Shown in pieces: positions 1 through 8,700 of a DNA stretch of 64,000 bases. Source of the DNA: a virus (lineage: Duplodnaviria; Heunggongvirae; Uroviricota; Caudoviricetes). How positions within the stretch are numbered: the first letter of the stretch is position 1; every line of letters begins with the position of its first letter. The stretch covers positions 1 through 64,000 of IMG/VR virus record IMGVR_UViG_646311924_000007. One strand, 5' to 3'. The notes under the pieces were generated by a model. That model did no database searches and was not told the DNA's origin. It saw only the letters and a list, made by a program, of their open reading frames with translations. Both the position numbers and the translations under genes were made by a program.

Positions 1-17
1 ACATTATACGAAGTTAT
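1..17. other. loxP: partial loxP recombination site (last 4 nt of spacer plus right 13-bp arm TATACGAAGTTAT)
   Basis: Exact match to the right half of the canonical 34-bp loxP; cre follows downstream. Confidence 0.85.
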
Positions 18-29
18 CTTAAGGGTTAT

Positions 30-200
30 TGAACATGATCAATTTACCTGTAAATCCATACAGTTCAATACCTTATCAGGTCAAATAGTGATCACTTGAT
101 CATTTGATCAAGGTTGCGCTACGTAAAATCTGCGAAATGTTGGCAGTGTTAGTGCTCCAGATTTCGCGTAGCGCACTTAGCACCACCAATCAATCAGAGG
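30..200 (+). promoter_or_regulatory. lox-cre leader region with four GATC sites (37-40, 90-93, 98-101, 106-109) and an imperfect palindrome (about 117-180)
   Basis: GATC cluster and inverted repeat TGCGCTACG...CGTAGCGCA read directly; role inferred from position upstream of cre. Confidence 0.35.
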
Positions 201-206
201 TGAAAA

Positions 207-428
207 ATGGGATATTCAGCTGCTAAAGTGTCCACTCATCTTGAGCTTGAGAAAAACCGTGGTTACTGGCGGGCAAAATGGTTTGAGCGTGATAGTTACC
301 AACTGTCATTATCTCGCGGTGAAGAGAAAATAGAACGCACGCGCGGTCGCTGGCGTTTCTATGACGAGAACCATAACCAGGTAAAGGCAGAGCCAATCCT
401 GTACACTCTGCTGAAAACAATAATTTAA
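207..428 (+). CDS. hypothetical small protein (73 aa) between loxP and cre
   Basis: ORF with AGAGG-like RBS upstream; no recognisable domain. Confidence 0.4.
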   Translation: MGYSAAKVSTHLELEKNRGYWRAKWFERDSYQLSLSRGEEKIERTRGRWRFYDENHNQVKAEPILYTLLKTII

Positions 429-447
429 CTTGATCATGAGGTGATGA

Positions 448-843
448 ATGTTTAATGGCCTGACAGATGCCAAGGTAAACGCCTTACTGAACGACGCAAA
501 ACAAAAAGCTGCTAACCCTGGAACGAATGAAAATGAACGTGCTATGGCTGTTGCAATTTGGGAGTTAGCAGAAGAAGTAAAGCGAAACCGCTTACTATAC
601 ACTCGGGTTTACCAGCAATTTGATGGTGCGAGCTGGATAGATATCGAAGAGGCTGAATATGCAACATGCAAAAAAGAAAAAAAGATTGTTCGGATTTTGC
701 ATAAAGCAGCAACCCCAATCACTGTAGAAATCCCCGATCACAGATATTTCGAGAACGATGATCTACCAGGGGATGTGATTCGAATTATTGATGAGATACT
801 TCATGAACAAGGCTTAACTGTTAAAATTACGCATAATAAATGA
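448..843 (+). CDS. hypothetical protein (131 aa), stop codon overlaps the cre ATG (ATGA)
   Basis: ORF in an AT-richer patch; translational coupling to cre; no recognisable domain. Confidence 0.5.
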   Translation: MFNGLTDAKVNALLNDAKQKAANPGTNENERAMAVAIWELAEEVKRNRLLYTRVYQQFDGASWIDIEEAEYATCKKEKKIVRILHKAATPITVEIPDHRYFENDDLPGDVIRIIDEILHEQGLTVKITHNK

Positions 844-1871
844 CTAATTCGTTAACCGTTCACCAAAATTTGCCTGCATTGCCGGTCGATGCAACGAGTG
901 ATGAGGTTCGCAAGAACCTGATGGACATGTTCAGGGATCGCCAGGCGTTTTCTGAGCATACCTGGAAAATGCTTCTGTCCGTTTGCCGGTCGTGGGCGGC
1001 ATGGTGCAAGTTGAATAACCGGAAATGGTTTCCCGCAGAACCTGAAGATGTTCGCGATTACCTTCTATATCTTCAGGCGCGTGGTCTGGCAGTAAAAACT
1101 ATCCAGCAACATTTGGGCCAGCTAAACATGCTTCATCGTCGGTCCGGGCTGCCACGACCAAGTGACAGCAATGCTGTTTCACTGGTCATGCGACGGATCC
1201 GAAAAGAAAACGTTGATGCCGGTGAGCGTGCAAAACAGGCGCTGGCGTTCGAACGCACTGATTTCGACCAGGTTCGTTCACTCATGGAAAATAGCGATCG
1301 CTGCCAGGATATACGTAATCTGGCATTTCTGGGGATTGCTTATAACACCCTGTTACGTATAGCTGAAATTTCCAGGATCAGGGTTAAAGATATCTCACGT
1401 ACTGACGGTGGGAGAATGTTAATCCATATTGGCAGAACGAAAACGCTGGTTAGCACCGCAGGTGTAGAGAAGGCACTTAGCCTGGGGGTAACTAAACTGG
1501 TTGAGCGATGGATTTCTGTCTCTGGTGTAGCTGATGATCCGAATAACTACCTGTTTTGCCGCGTCAGAAAAAATGGTGTTGCCGCGCCATCATCCACCAG
1601 CCAGCTATCAACTCGCGCCCTGGAAGGGATTTTTGAAGCAACTCACCGATTGATTTACGGGGCAAAAGATGACTCTGGTCAGCGATACCTGGCCTGGTCT
1701 GGACATAGTGCCCGTGTCGGTGCCGCGCGAGATATGGCCCGCGCCGGAGTTTCAATACCGGAGATCATGCAAGCTGGTGGCTGGACCAACGTAAATATTG
1801 TCATGAACTACATTCGTAACCTGGATAGTGAAACGGGGGCAATGGTGCGCCTGCTGGAAGATGGCGATTAG
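840..1871 (+). CDS. cre: Cre tyrosine site-specific recombinase (343 aa)
   Basis: Translation matches P1 Cre almost residue for residue as I remember it (MSNLLTVHQNLPALPVDATSDEVRKNLMDMFRDRQAFSEHTWK...); adjacent loxP. Confidence 0.97.
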   Translation: MTNSLTVHQNLPALPVDATSDEVRKNLMDMFRDRQAFSEHTWKMLLSVCRSWAAWCKLNNRKWFPAEPEDVRDYLLYLQARGLAVKTIQQHLGQLNMLHRRSGLPRPSDSNAVSLVMRRIRKENVDAGERAKQALAFERTDFDQVRSLMENSDRCQDIRNLAFLGIAYNTLLRIAEISRIRVKDISRTDGGRMLIHIGRTKTLVSTAGVEKALSLGVTKLVERWISVSGVADDPNNYLFCRVRKNGVAAPSSTSQLSTRALEGIFEATHRLIYGAKDDSGQRYLAWSGHSARVGAARDMARAGVSIPEIMQAGGWTNVNIVMNYIRNLDSETGAMVRLLEDGD

Positions 1872-1888
1872 CCGTTTATTTGCGCTTG

Positions 1889-1905
1889 ATTGCTCTAATT
1901 ATTTG
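1889..1905 (+). promoter_or_regulatory. C1 repressor operator-like site (ATTGCTCTAATTATTTG)
   Basis: 15/17 match to the P1 C1 operator consensus ATTGCTCTAATAAATTT, immediately upstream of ORF 1922. Confidence 0.6.
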
Positions 1906-1921
1906 ATATTTATGGTGACAC

Positions 1922-2233
1922 ATGCGGAAGGATTTCAAAATAGACGGAAAATATGTGGTGCTGTCTGTAAGCTCTCAAATTCAGTCACCATCTGTCATGG
2001 TCACCGTAAAGTTGAGCGATAGGATGCCTGATATCGACTCGATATCTGTTGCGTTCCCCGTTAAAAGCATGCGGAGTGCTGAACATTTTGTGATGAATGC
2101 AACGGAGGAGGAAGCGCGGCGCGGGCTTACTAGAGTGATGGCGGAATTTGGCGAACTCCTGGGTAAGGTAAACAATGCCCTTTCAATCAGTTCAGCAAGA
2201 TCCAAAGCGTTAACAGCTTCCATGATGAAATAA
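1922..2233 (+). CDS. hypothetical protein (103 aa) behind a C1 operator
   Basis: ORF with ATG start; operator upstream; no HNH or other motif seen. Confidence 0.45.
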   Translation: MRKDFKIDGKYVVLSVSSQIQSPSVMVTVKLSDRMPDIDSISVAFPVKSMRSAEHFVMNATEEEARRGLTRVMAEFGELLGKVNNALSISSARSKALTASMMK

Positions 2234-2257
2234 AAAAAGCCTGGCAAGGAGCCAGGC
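2233..2257 (-). terminator. hairpin GCCTGGC-AAGGA-GCCAGGC with U-run on the minus strand
   Basis: Stem-loop followed by a T-run on the minus strand, downstream of the minus-strand ant-like gene. Confidence 0.5.
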
Positions 2258-2445
2258 TGCACAAAAGAGCGGGTTTGTATTCCGCATCCAATCAATCAAG
2301 AAGGAGTATAGCACACAGGTACTGAAGTAAAAATGTGATAAACATGAAATGAAATATCTTCTATTGCTCTAATTTGGAGGTATAATTGAGCCGCAGTTTT
2401 AGTCAACTACAAAAACATTGCCATTACAGACTCCGTGACATCATT

Positions 2446-2469
2446 GGCGGCCTAAAGGCCGCCTTTTTT
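2446..2469 (+). terminator. rho-independent terminator GGCGGCC-TAAA-GGCCGCC-TTTTTT
   Basis: Perfect 7-bp stem plus T6 run on the plus strand. Confidence 0.7.
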
Positions 2470-2471
2470 AA

Positions 2472-3587
2472 TCACTCAGCCGCTACAGGCTTTAATAAAC
2501 CAGCGTCAAGCAGCTTACGCGTCAACCACTGTTGGCCTTTCCCCGTTAGCTGGGGCGTCAACCGTATCTGGTAGCCATCTTCATCATCCAGTACCACTTC
2601 TTTCACCGTGAAATACCCGGCGTTGATGTATTGCTGGAACGGTACATTTTTACGTCCGCCAGACGCAATCAGGATGCCGTTCTCACGCAACCAGGCAAAC
2701 AGTGCGTTTTGCTTCAGTCCAACAACCTTTGCAAAATTCCCAATCAGGATCCCCTTAGCCACTGATACCCGGTCGGCAAAATCGACTTTAGGGGCTGCGG
2801 CCACCAGCTGCTGATTTAGCTGGTGGGCTTTCTGTTCCAATAGTTGCTTTTGTTCAGCCAGCTCGGCAGCCAGGCGTAGGGCTTCTGGTAATGTTTGGGG
2901 GATTGCGACCGGTTGCTGTTCTTTTTGTCGGAAGTAGCTGTCTTCCAGTTTTTCAAAGAATGCCCATGCCTGATCGGTTTCGAGCATTTTAGCGTGACGG
3001 GCAGCTCCTCGTTCTGTCCACAGGATGAGAGAGCGCGCTTTGGGGGAGACTGGATTTTGTGAGTAGTTTAAAGCTACCCGCAAATTTTTCAGCTCATCGC
3101 CAATAACCTTGAAAAAGTGCTTCCCTTCAACAAAGCGTACTTTGTTCTCATGATGATTTTGGCGAATACGGATTGTTTCTGTCCCATACCCTCTAGCAAG
3201 AGTCTCGGTTGTCACTACACGCACTCCCAGCCATTCCAGAACGGGAATTTCATCAGACTGATTCTGAACAACCACCAGCTCTGACTCCTGAACTGAAGGC
3301 GCATGAACTTTTTCTGATTTAACGTTAGTTGCTTTCATTCTGTGTGCCTCCTTGCGTGTTTCGGCTGCGACGGTTGCGTAATTCAGATGACCCTGTTCGA
3401 GCAGGTATTCGCGGATATCAGACAGCAGGATGCGGTGAACCGCGTTCTTGTCCTTTCTCCGGTAAAGTTGTTTGGTGATCATGAAGTAGTTGGCTATAAC
3501 GCCTGGTATATCCCTGGTACTGATACAAGCAGTGTGCTGTTCAATTGCCTCGATCATCTCTTCACGGGTGACTAATGACGTTCTCAT
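2472..3587 (-). CDS. antirepressor-like protein with Rha-like central domain and KilAC-type C-terminal domain (371 aa from the ATG overlapping the icd stop)
   Basis: N-terminal 90 aa and C-terminal 120 aa nearly identical to the ant product at 40942-41979; central part differs and resembles phage Rha regulatory proteins; ATGA overlap with upstream icd-like gene. Confidence 0.75.
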   Translation of the reverse strand: MRTSLVTREEMIEAIEQHTACISTRDIPGVIANYFMITKQLYRRKDKNAVHRILLSDIREYLLEQGHLNYATVAAETRKEAHRMKATNVKSEKVHAPSVQESELVVVQNQSDEIPVLEWLGVRVVTTETLARGYGTETIRIRQNHHENKVRFVEGKHFFKVIGDELKNLRVALNYSQNPVSPKARSLILWTERGAARHAKMLETDQAWAFFEKLEDSYFRQKEQQPVAIPQTLPEALRLAAELAEQKQLLEQKAHQLNQQLVAAAPKVDFADRVSVAKGILIGNFAKVVGLKQNALFAWLRENGILIASGGRKNVPFQQYINAGYFTVKEVVLDDEDGYQIRLTPQLTGKGQQWLTRKLLDAGLLKPVAAE

Positions 3588-3805
3588 AGTCCCTCCTGAG
3601 CACAAGCGTTTACAGGGAGGCACCAGTAACTGAGAGAATTGCGCAAATCGGTAGAAAAACGGGCGGAGAAAATGCAGGGAGCATCCGGAAGCTGAGAGCG
3701 AGCCTCATCTTCTGTCGGTGCAATAACGAAGTGATAGTGACGTTTCTGGCAGGAGTAGAAGCGCCAGATGAATTCAGGGCGTGCGCAAGGATTGGCATTA
3801 ACCAT
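3584..3805 (-). CDS. Icd-like protein (73 aa), second copy
   Basis: MVNANPCARPEFIWRFYSC... paralogue of the icd product at 40724-40945; same length. Confidence 0.75.
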   Translation of the reverse strand: MVNANPCARPEFIWRFYSCQKRHYHFVIAPTEDEARSQLPDAPCIFSARFSTDLRNSLSYWCLPVNACAQEGL

Positions 3806-3838
3806 AGTTACGGCCTCATGTACAGGTTTAACAACCTG

Positions 3839-3919
3839 CTACCCGCTGTCAAACAGGTGGCAGGACGTGACGGGGTTGACAGACTGGCGTACATGAAACC
3901 AGCAGGCCGAAGCCTCCCC
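3839..3919 (-). ncRNA. c4-like antisense immunity RNA, variant specificity (approximate bounds)
   Basis: Mirror image of the 40610-40690 region with substitutions confined to mutually complementary elements (CATGTAC vs GTACATG; stem CTGTCAA/TTGACAG). Confidence 0.55.
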
Positions 3920-4121
3920 ATCACGCCCCACCATAATTTGGGCGTAACGCGGTTTTACGGACATAAAAATACCGCAATATCGGAAATCTGCGGTTATCCG
4001 CATGTACATTCAGGCTGTCAAACCCGGTCGCAGAATTTGCTACGACGGTGGAACTATAAGCCTGAACGACGGGAAGATCAATAGTCTGGTGTCAATGGTA
4101 GTATTTTTGCCCCAATAAATC

Positions 4122-4138
4122 AAATTCATTAGAGCAAT
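4122..4138 (-). promoter_or_regulatory. C1 operator-like site (minus strand ATTGCTCTAATGAATTT)
   Basis: 16/17 match to C1 operator consensus, upstream of the c4-like/icd-like/ant-like module. Confidence 0.6.
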
Positions 4139-4246
4139 ACAAATCTGGTTGAATGTTTCCTCTCCGAGGTTGCAATGTGCACACTTATTGTTTTATTTGT
4201 ATGCACTAATAAATATATTATTTTTAATGATAAATGATTGACAACT

Positions 4247-4270
4247 GACAAGTGACTTCAGTCAGAATCA
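4247..4270 (+). promoter_or_regulatory. putative late promoter (GACAAGTGACT element plus -10-like CAGAAT)
   Basis: Same AACAAGTGACT-N5-TAnnnT arrangement recurs upstream of prt, lyz, pmgC-like and the capsid-like gene. Confidence 0.4.
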
Positions 4271-4398
4271 TCACACGCCCGGTACGGATGGATCCCTTTT
4301 CAAATATTCCATGGACGGCACAGTCTGAGTACCGGGCGCTACCTTCAGTTGTATTGCTAAGCCGCCGCTGGTGGCTTTTCTTTTTTGTAGGGGGCGCT

Positions 4399-5040
4399 AT
4401 GGATAAGAAAATATGCGTTGTTTCGATGAGCGTCGGCAAACCGGCGTCAATGACTGCTGCATGGATCAACAACGAGCTGATAATGGCTGAGCGGACCAGC
4501 TACCCTGAACGCCGCCGCGATATGGAACTCCAGCTGCTGCGCGAATTGCGAGAAAAAGAGGAAAAGGGTTTTATCGTGCTGGTGGAAGAGGAAAACAGCT
4601 TTATTACTGGTCGAGTTGGCCAGCGTGTAAGGTTGCGCGATCCCTTCATGAACGGCAGGCCGGTACTGATTGAAGCAATGCAGATTTACAAGGAGCTGGA
4701 ACGCCAGAAAGCGATCAAGTTACCGCGCAAGGAATCCGGCAAATACATCCTCCACCAAAGCATCTTCGATTCCGAACACGATAAAAAAGGCGATGAATTT
4801 TTCAACATCAACTGGAGTGAAATAACGACAGAGCATGTTCTGACGTTACTATGTTGCTTTGCGACGGAATACAACAACGTTGCCAGCGCCGACTACATCA
4901 GGGCAATGGCTGGAGAAGTTGAGGCCCGCCAGGAACCATCGTTACTAAGCCCTCTGATTAACATAATTCGCGGAACCCAAACACTGGCGCAAAAACAAGT
5001 ACCACGAGGGGAATTGACGGGTAAAGGTAATTATCTCTGA
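4399..5040 (+). CDS. hypothetical late protein (213 aa; longer ORF from 4252 unlikely)
   Basis: ATG at 4399 with GGGGG RBS; late-promoter-like element upstream; no domain recognised; could correspond to P1 mat by position. Confidence 0.45.
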   Translation: MDKKICVVSMSVGKPASMTAAWINNELIMAERTSYPERRRDMELQLLRELREKEEKGFIVLVEEENSFITGRVGQRVRLRDPFMNGRPVLIEAMQIYKELERQKAIKLPRKESGKYILHQSIFDSEHDKKGDEFFNINWSEITTEHVLTLLCCFATEYNNVASADYIRAMAGEVEARQEPSLLSPLINIIRGTQTLAQKQVPRGELTGKGNYL

Positions 5041-5079
5041 AAGATGCCCGGCGACAGACCGGGCAAAAGGGCGGAAAGT

Positions 5080-5328
5080 TTAATCAGCATTCAGGAGCAA
5101 TGCGTTATCTATGATGATCTGCTCCCATTCTTCGAATGCCCGATCGCGGACGCCCTGGGGAACGCTGTTAGTTTTGAAATCGACGACCGTCCGCCATTTC
5201 CCGTCCGGACGGTACATGCGCAGAGCTTTACTTCCCCCTTCCCTGCGCACCTCAACGTTATGCTTGTCAGCAAACTCTTGTAATGCTCGTAGCGTCCCAT
5301 GCTTTACTGTGTAGTATCGCTTTTTCAA
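5080..5328 (-). CDS. lxc: Lxc/Bof-like C1 co-repressor (82 aa)
   Basis: Size and position downstream of ulx-like and darB as in P1; assignment by synteny and length. Confidence 0.55.
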   Translation of the reverse strand: MKKRYYTVKHGTLRALQEFADKHNVEVRREGGSKALRMYRPDGKWRTVVDFKTNSVPQGVRDRAFEEWEQIIIDNALLLNAD

Positions 5329-5765
5329 GTTTTCTCTCCAGCCTGTGCCAAGGCTTCAACTTCCAAATCGTAAGACTCAAACTCATAGTCCTGGTCGTCA
5401 ACTTCTTCAGGCACTGGCAGTAAATGCCAGGCTGAGTATATCTGACCATTATCAAAACGCTCCTGGCTGTAGAGCGTCGCGGCTATGAGTGTTAGCGCCG
5501 GGCGGTCATAACGGTAAATTTTGCGAACGTCACGGTCAACGAGACGACCGAAATTACCATAACCGCGCTCCAGTAATAATTTTTTAATTTCCGGCCAGTA
5601 TGGGCCATAGCTGCGGTACAGGCGGGGATTTTTCAGTAATCGCCCACGTAGCCCTGACAGGAAGAAATCAACGTATTCGTCTTCTGTCTTTCCTAACAAC
5701 GCCGTACGCAGTACCGCCTCAAGATATGTTTTATTCGGTTTTATTGTATCAGATAGTGTGGCCAT
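5325..5765 (-). CDS. ulx: Ulx-like protein (146 aa)
   Basis: Position between darB and lxc; synteny-based. Confidence 0.5.
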   Translation of the reverse strand: MATLSDTIKPNKTYLEAVLRTALLGKTEDEYVDFFLSGLRGRLLKNPRLYRSYGPYWPEIKKLLLERGYGNFGRLVDRDVRKIYRYDRPALTLIAATLYSQERFDNGQIYSAWHLLPVPEEVDDQDYEFESYDLEVEALAQAGEKT

Positions 5766-5798
5766 ATTATGCGACGCCCGGCGAACCGGGCGCTCCTG

Positions 5799-8700
5799 TT
5801 ATGCGTATTGTTGGATGACGGCCAGAACGTCCGCCACGTTGTGTTTTGTCTCGATAATCCACCAGTTACCCGGGAAATCGCTGTTCTTCGCCTTCGCTGG
5901 CAGCCAGCGAGCGCCGAATTTCGCCTTGATTGCGTCTTTCGCACGGAAAAGAACGCCTTTCATGCCTGAGGCTTCCTGAAGCCCAAATACCTCGCCAGCG
6001 GCGAATTTTGGTGCGTACATCATCTTCAGGTCGGCGGTGGATACGCGATAATTCAGACCAAGAGACTGAGCTATGCTGGTGGCATCACCCTGTATTGATG
6101 ATAACTCTTCTTGTTTCTCGTTTCTGGCGGCAATTTCTTCCTCCGTGATGTTGCCAAGGGCCAGGTTTATCCGATCAGCGTCGGCCTGTTTCTCTTCATC
6201 GGTGCGCCCGGCAAGAACCGTGTTAATTCTCTGCAATATCTCCACATGATTCTTGCGCATGCTGAGCAATTCCGGCGTAACCTCGTTAAGATCCACCAGC
6301 CCAAGGATGGCAAGGTCGGAAAACATTGATACCAGGTTGTAGGTCATGCGATAGCTGAGTTGACCATAGGCTGATGGCAACTTCACCGCATCCATTTGAT
6401 AGGCATCCATAAATTTAGAGCCGTCGTTTACGACATCCGCAATTGCAGGTGTGATTTTCCCTGTGGTGGCGGCCTCCCTGATTGCTGTTACCCACGATTG
6501 AGTCAGTGCGGCGACTGCATGATTCAGATTGGCTTCCCGTTCTGCTGCGATACGCGCGCTTGCTGCGTCCATTGCCTGCTTGATCTCGGCTTTATTGCTG
6601 TAAATGCCAATGGTGCCAAACTGTGCTGTGGTGATCTCATAATCTGACGCCCGGAACTCATGGGTACCGAAAATGGCATTGGTGACCTCAAGTTCAGAAT
6701 CCCCGTTACGAGTAGCCCCCTGGCTTGTTTTCTCCGGCATTCTGGCGATCGCATCCGCTATTTTCTCCTGAATTGCTTCAGGGGATAGCGTATCTCCATA
6801 TGACGCGATTACATCGCCATAATTGGAGCCAAACAGTTCAGTCAGGAATACTTCTGCCAAACGGACCTGGCGGTTATTCCCTTCAGACATCATACCAAGC
6901 ACCCATTTTGCAATTGACGACTTCAGCGCGCCGTCACGGCGATCCGGGTAAACCGCATGCTTCAGTGGGTCCGTATAGGTACCAACAAAATCAATGCTAT
7001 AGCCTGACTCTGTAGTCTGAACGCCGTATGAGTCAGTGATTTTGATCATGCCGCGCTGCTGGAAACGGTAGAAATCGTCACAGGAAATGATGTCGTTAAT
7101 CCCGGCGATGGAGACGCCACCACTGATTTTCTGCATAACAGCATCTTCATCGGGAGTTACATCAACCTGTTTATCCAGCGTCTTCACATCCCAGTTACCC
7201 GATTTGGTACCTTTGAAGGTAAAGATAATCTCCACGTCTGCGCGCTGGCTGTCGAAGTCCAGCGACTTAATGCGAACGATATCACCGGCACAATCGTAGT
7301 ATTGGCCTACACGCCATGAGCGATCGCCGATAATAAGGAACTCACTCGCATGGTTAACCAGGTCAGGATCAACATCCAGAATGCCTTTATTTATTGCATC
7401 CTCCACCAGCGGGCGAAGGCGTTTGATATCCGTCGCGGCCTTCTGAGTACGGTTCAATAATTTCTCATAGCGGGAGATGGCTTGAGAGATATTAGCCTTG
7501 CGCTGAATGGCGCTTTTCAACGACGCGCGATACTGTGCTAACAACGTACGGTCTGTGTGATGGACGCTACCCCAGCGGGCTTTCCAGTCTGCGTTATCAG
7601 CTGCTTTGGCCATTACCGCCTGTTTGAATTTGGCGACGTCGGCGGTGGTCTTTTCGAGTTCCGCTTTTCTTCGCTCTAATTCAGCGGTAAGCACCTCCAC
7701 ATCCTCACCAGCTGCGTGCTGCGCCTTGATGTAGTTCTGAAGGTCGATAGTAGCCTGTTCTTTCTGGCGAGCGCGTTGCGCGGCTTTCGCCTTATCCATT
7801 TGAACCTGCATCATTGCCAGACGTTCGCCATCATCCTTAGCGGTATACATCTGCATTTCGATCATATCGTTGGCGTCGGCGTTCTCCATTTCTGACTTAT
7901 CTGAACGGAGGATATCGGAGATCCAGCCTGCTTTACGCTTCAGCGTCTTCAGTCGGTATTCATCGAAAGAACCCTTGCCGCAGTAGTAGTGAACGCGAAC
8001 GCTTGCACGGTTGGAACCAACTCGGGCACCGCGACCGTTACGCTGTGCGATACTGGCTGGTGTCCATGGCAACGTCAGATGATGGATGTCAGTCGTTCCT
8101 CGATGCAGGTTGATACCCACCTCTGCCTTTTTGTTGCAGATGATGATCGGAGTCCGGCCCTCCTGGAAGTCGGCAGCAATCTTTTCCAGCCCGCCCAGCG
8201 ACATTTCATTTTGCTGCGCGATATAGGCGTCATACAGAGCCATTTGCTCGTTGTATTTCGCTATCTGTGCATCTGTTGGTTCATCCGGTAGCTCTTTCGG
8301 CGGTTTAACCGCTTTCAGTTTCTTACCGGTTTTACCTGCCTCGGCAACCGTCTGAGCATTCAGTATCCCCACCTTTGAAGGTTCAAGGTTAAGAGCATTG
8401 CAGATAATGCGCTTGAGCTTCTGGTGCTGCGTTTTTTCATCGGTGAAGATGATTTGCTTACCTTCCGGGAAAAACTCCTTCAGCGTGGCAATCAGCTTCG
8501 CGTATTTGGGCGTAACGGGGTGAGTTACGGTCTGTTCGTCAATGCCAAACCTGGCCAGGCGCTTATTCACTTCCTGCTCGAACGCTTCCGGAACCTGCAA
8601 CTGAATAAACTCGCCCTTATCTATCAGGGAGTATTGCGATTGCTGCGTGATTGAATCATCACTGTCGTCGTCTTCGCTGGTGGCTTGTTTAGGCAAACTG

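Noticed and set aside
2386-2574. 62-aa plus-strand ORF across the ant 3' end
   Set aside because: It spans an intrinsic terminator and overlaps the minus-strand ant coding region; more plausibly a non-coding or small-RNA region.
3731-4084. 117-aa plus-strand ORF antisense to the c4-like/icd-like region, with a conserved twin at 40508-40837
   Set aside because: The conservation between the two copies is explained by the c4 RNA and icd leader on the opposite strand; both ORFs lack RBS context and overlap the RNA genes, so they are most likely not translated.
4252-4398. N-terminal extension of the 213-aa ORF as given in the ORF track (start at 4252)
   Set aside because: The extension overlaps the putative late promoter and leader; the ATG at 4399 has a strong GGGGG RBS and is the more plausible start.
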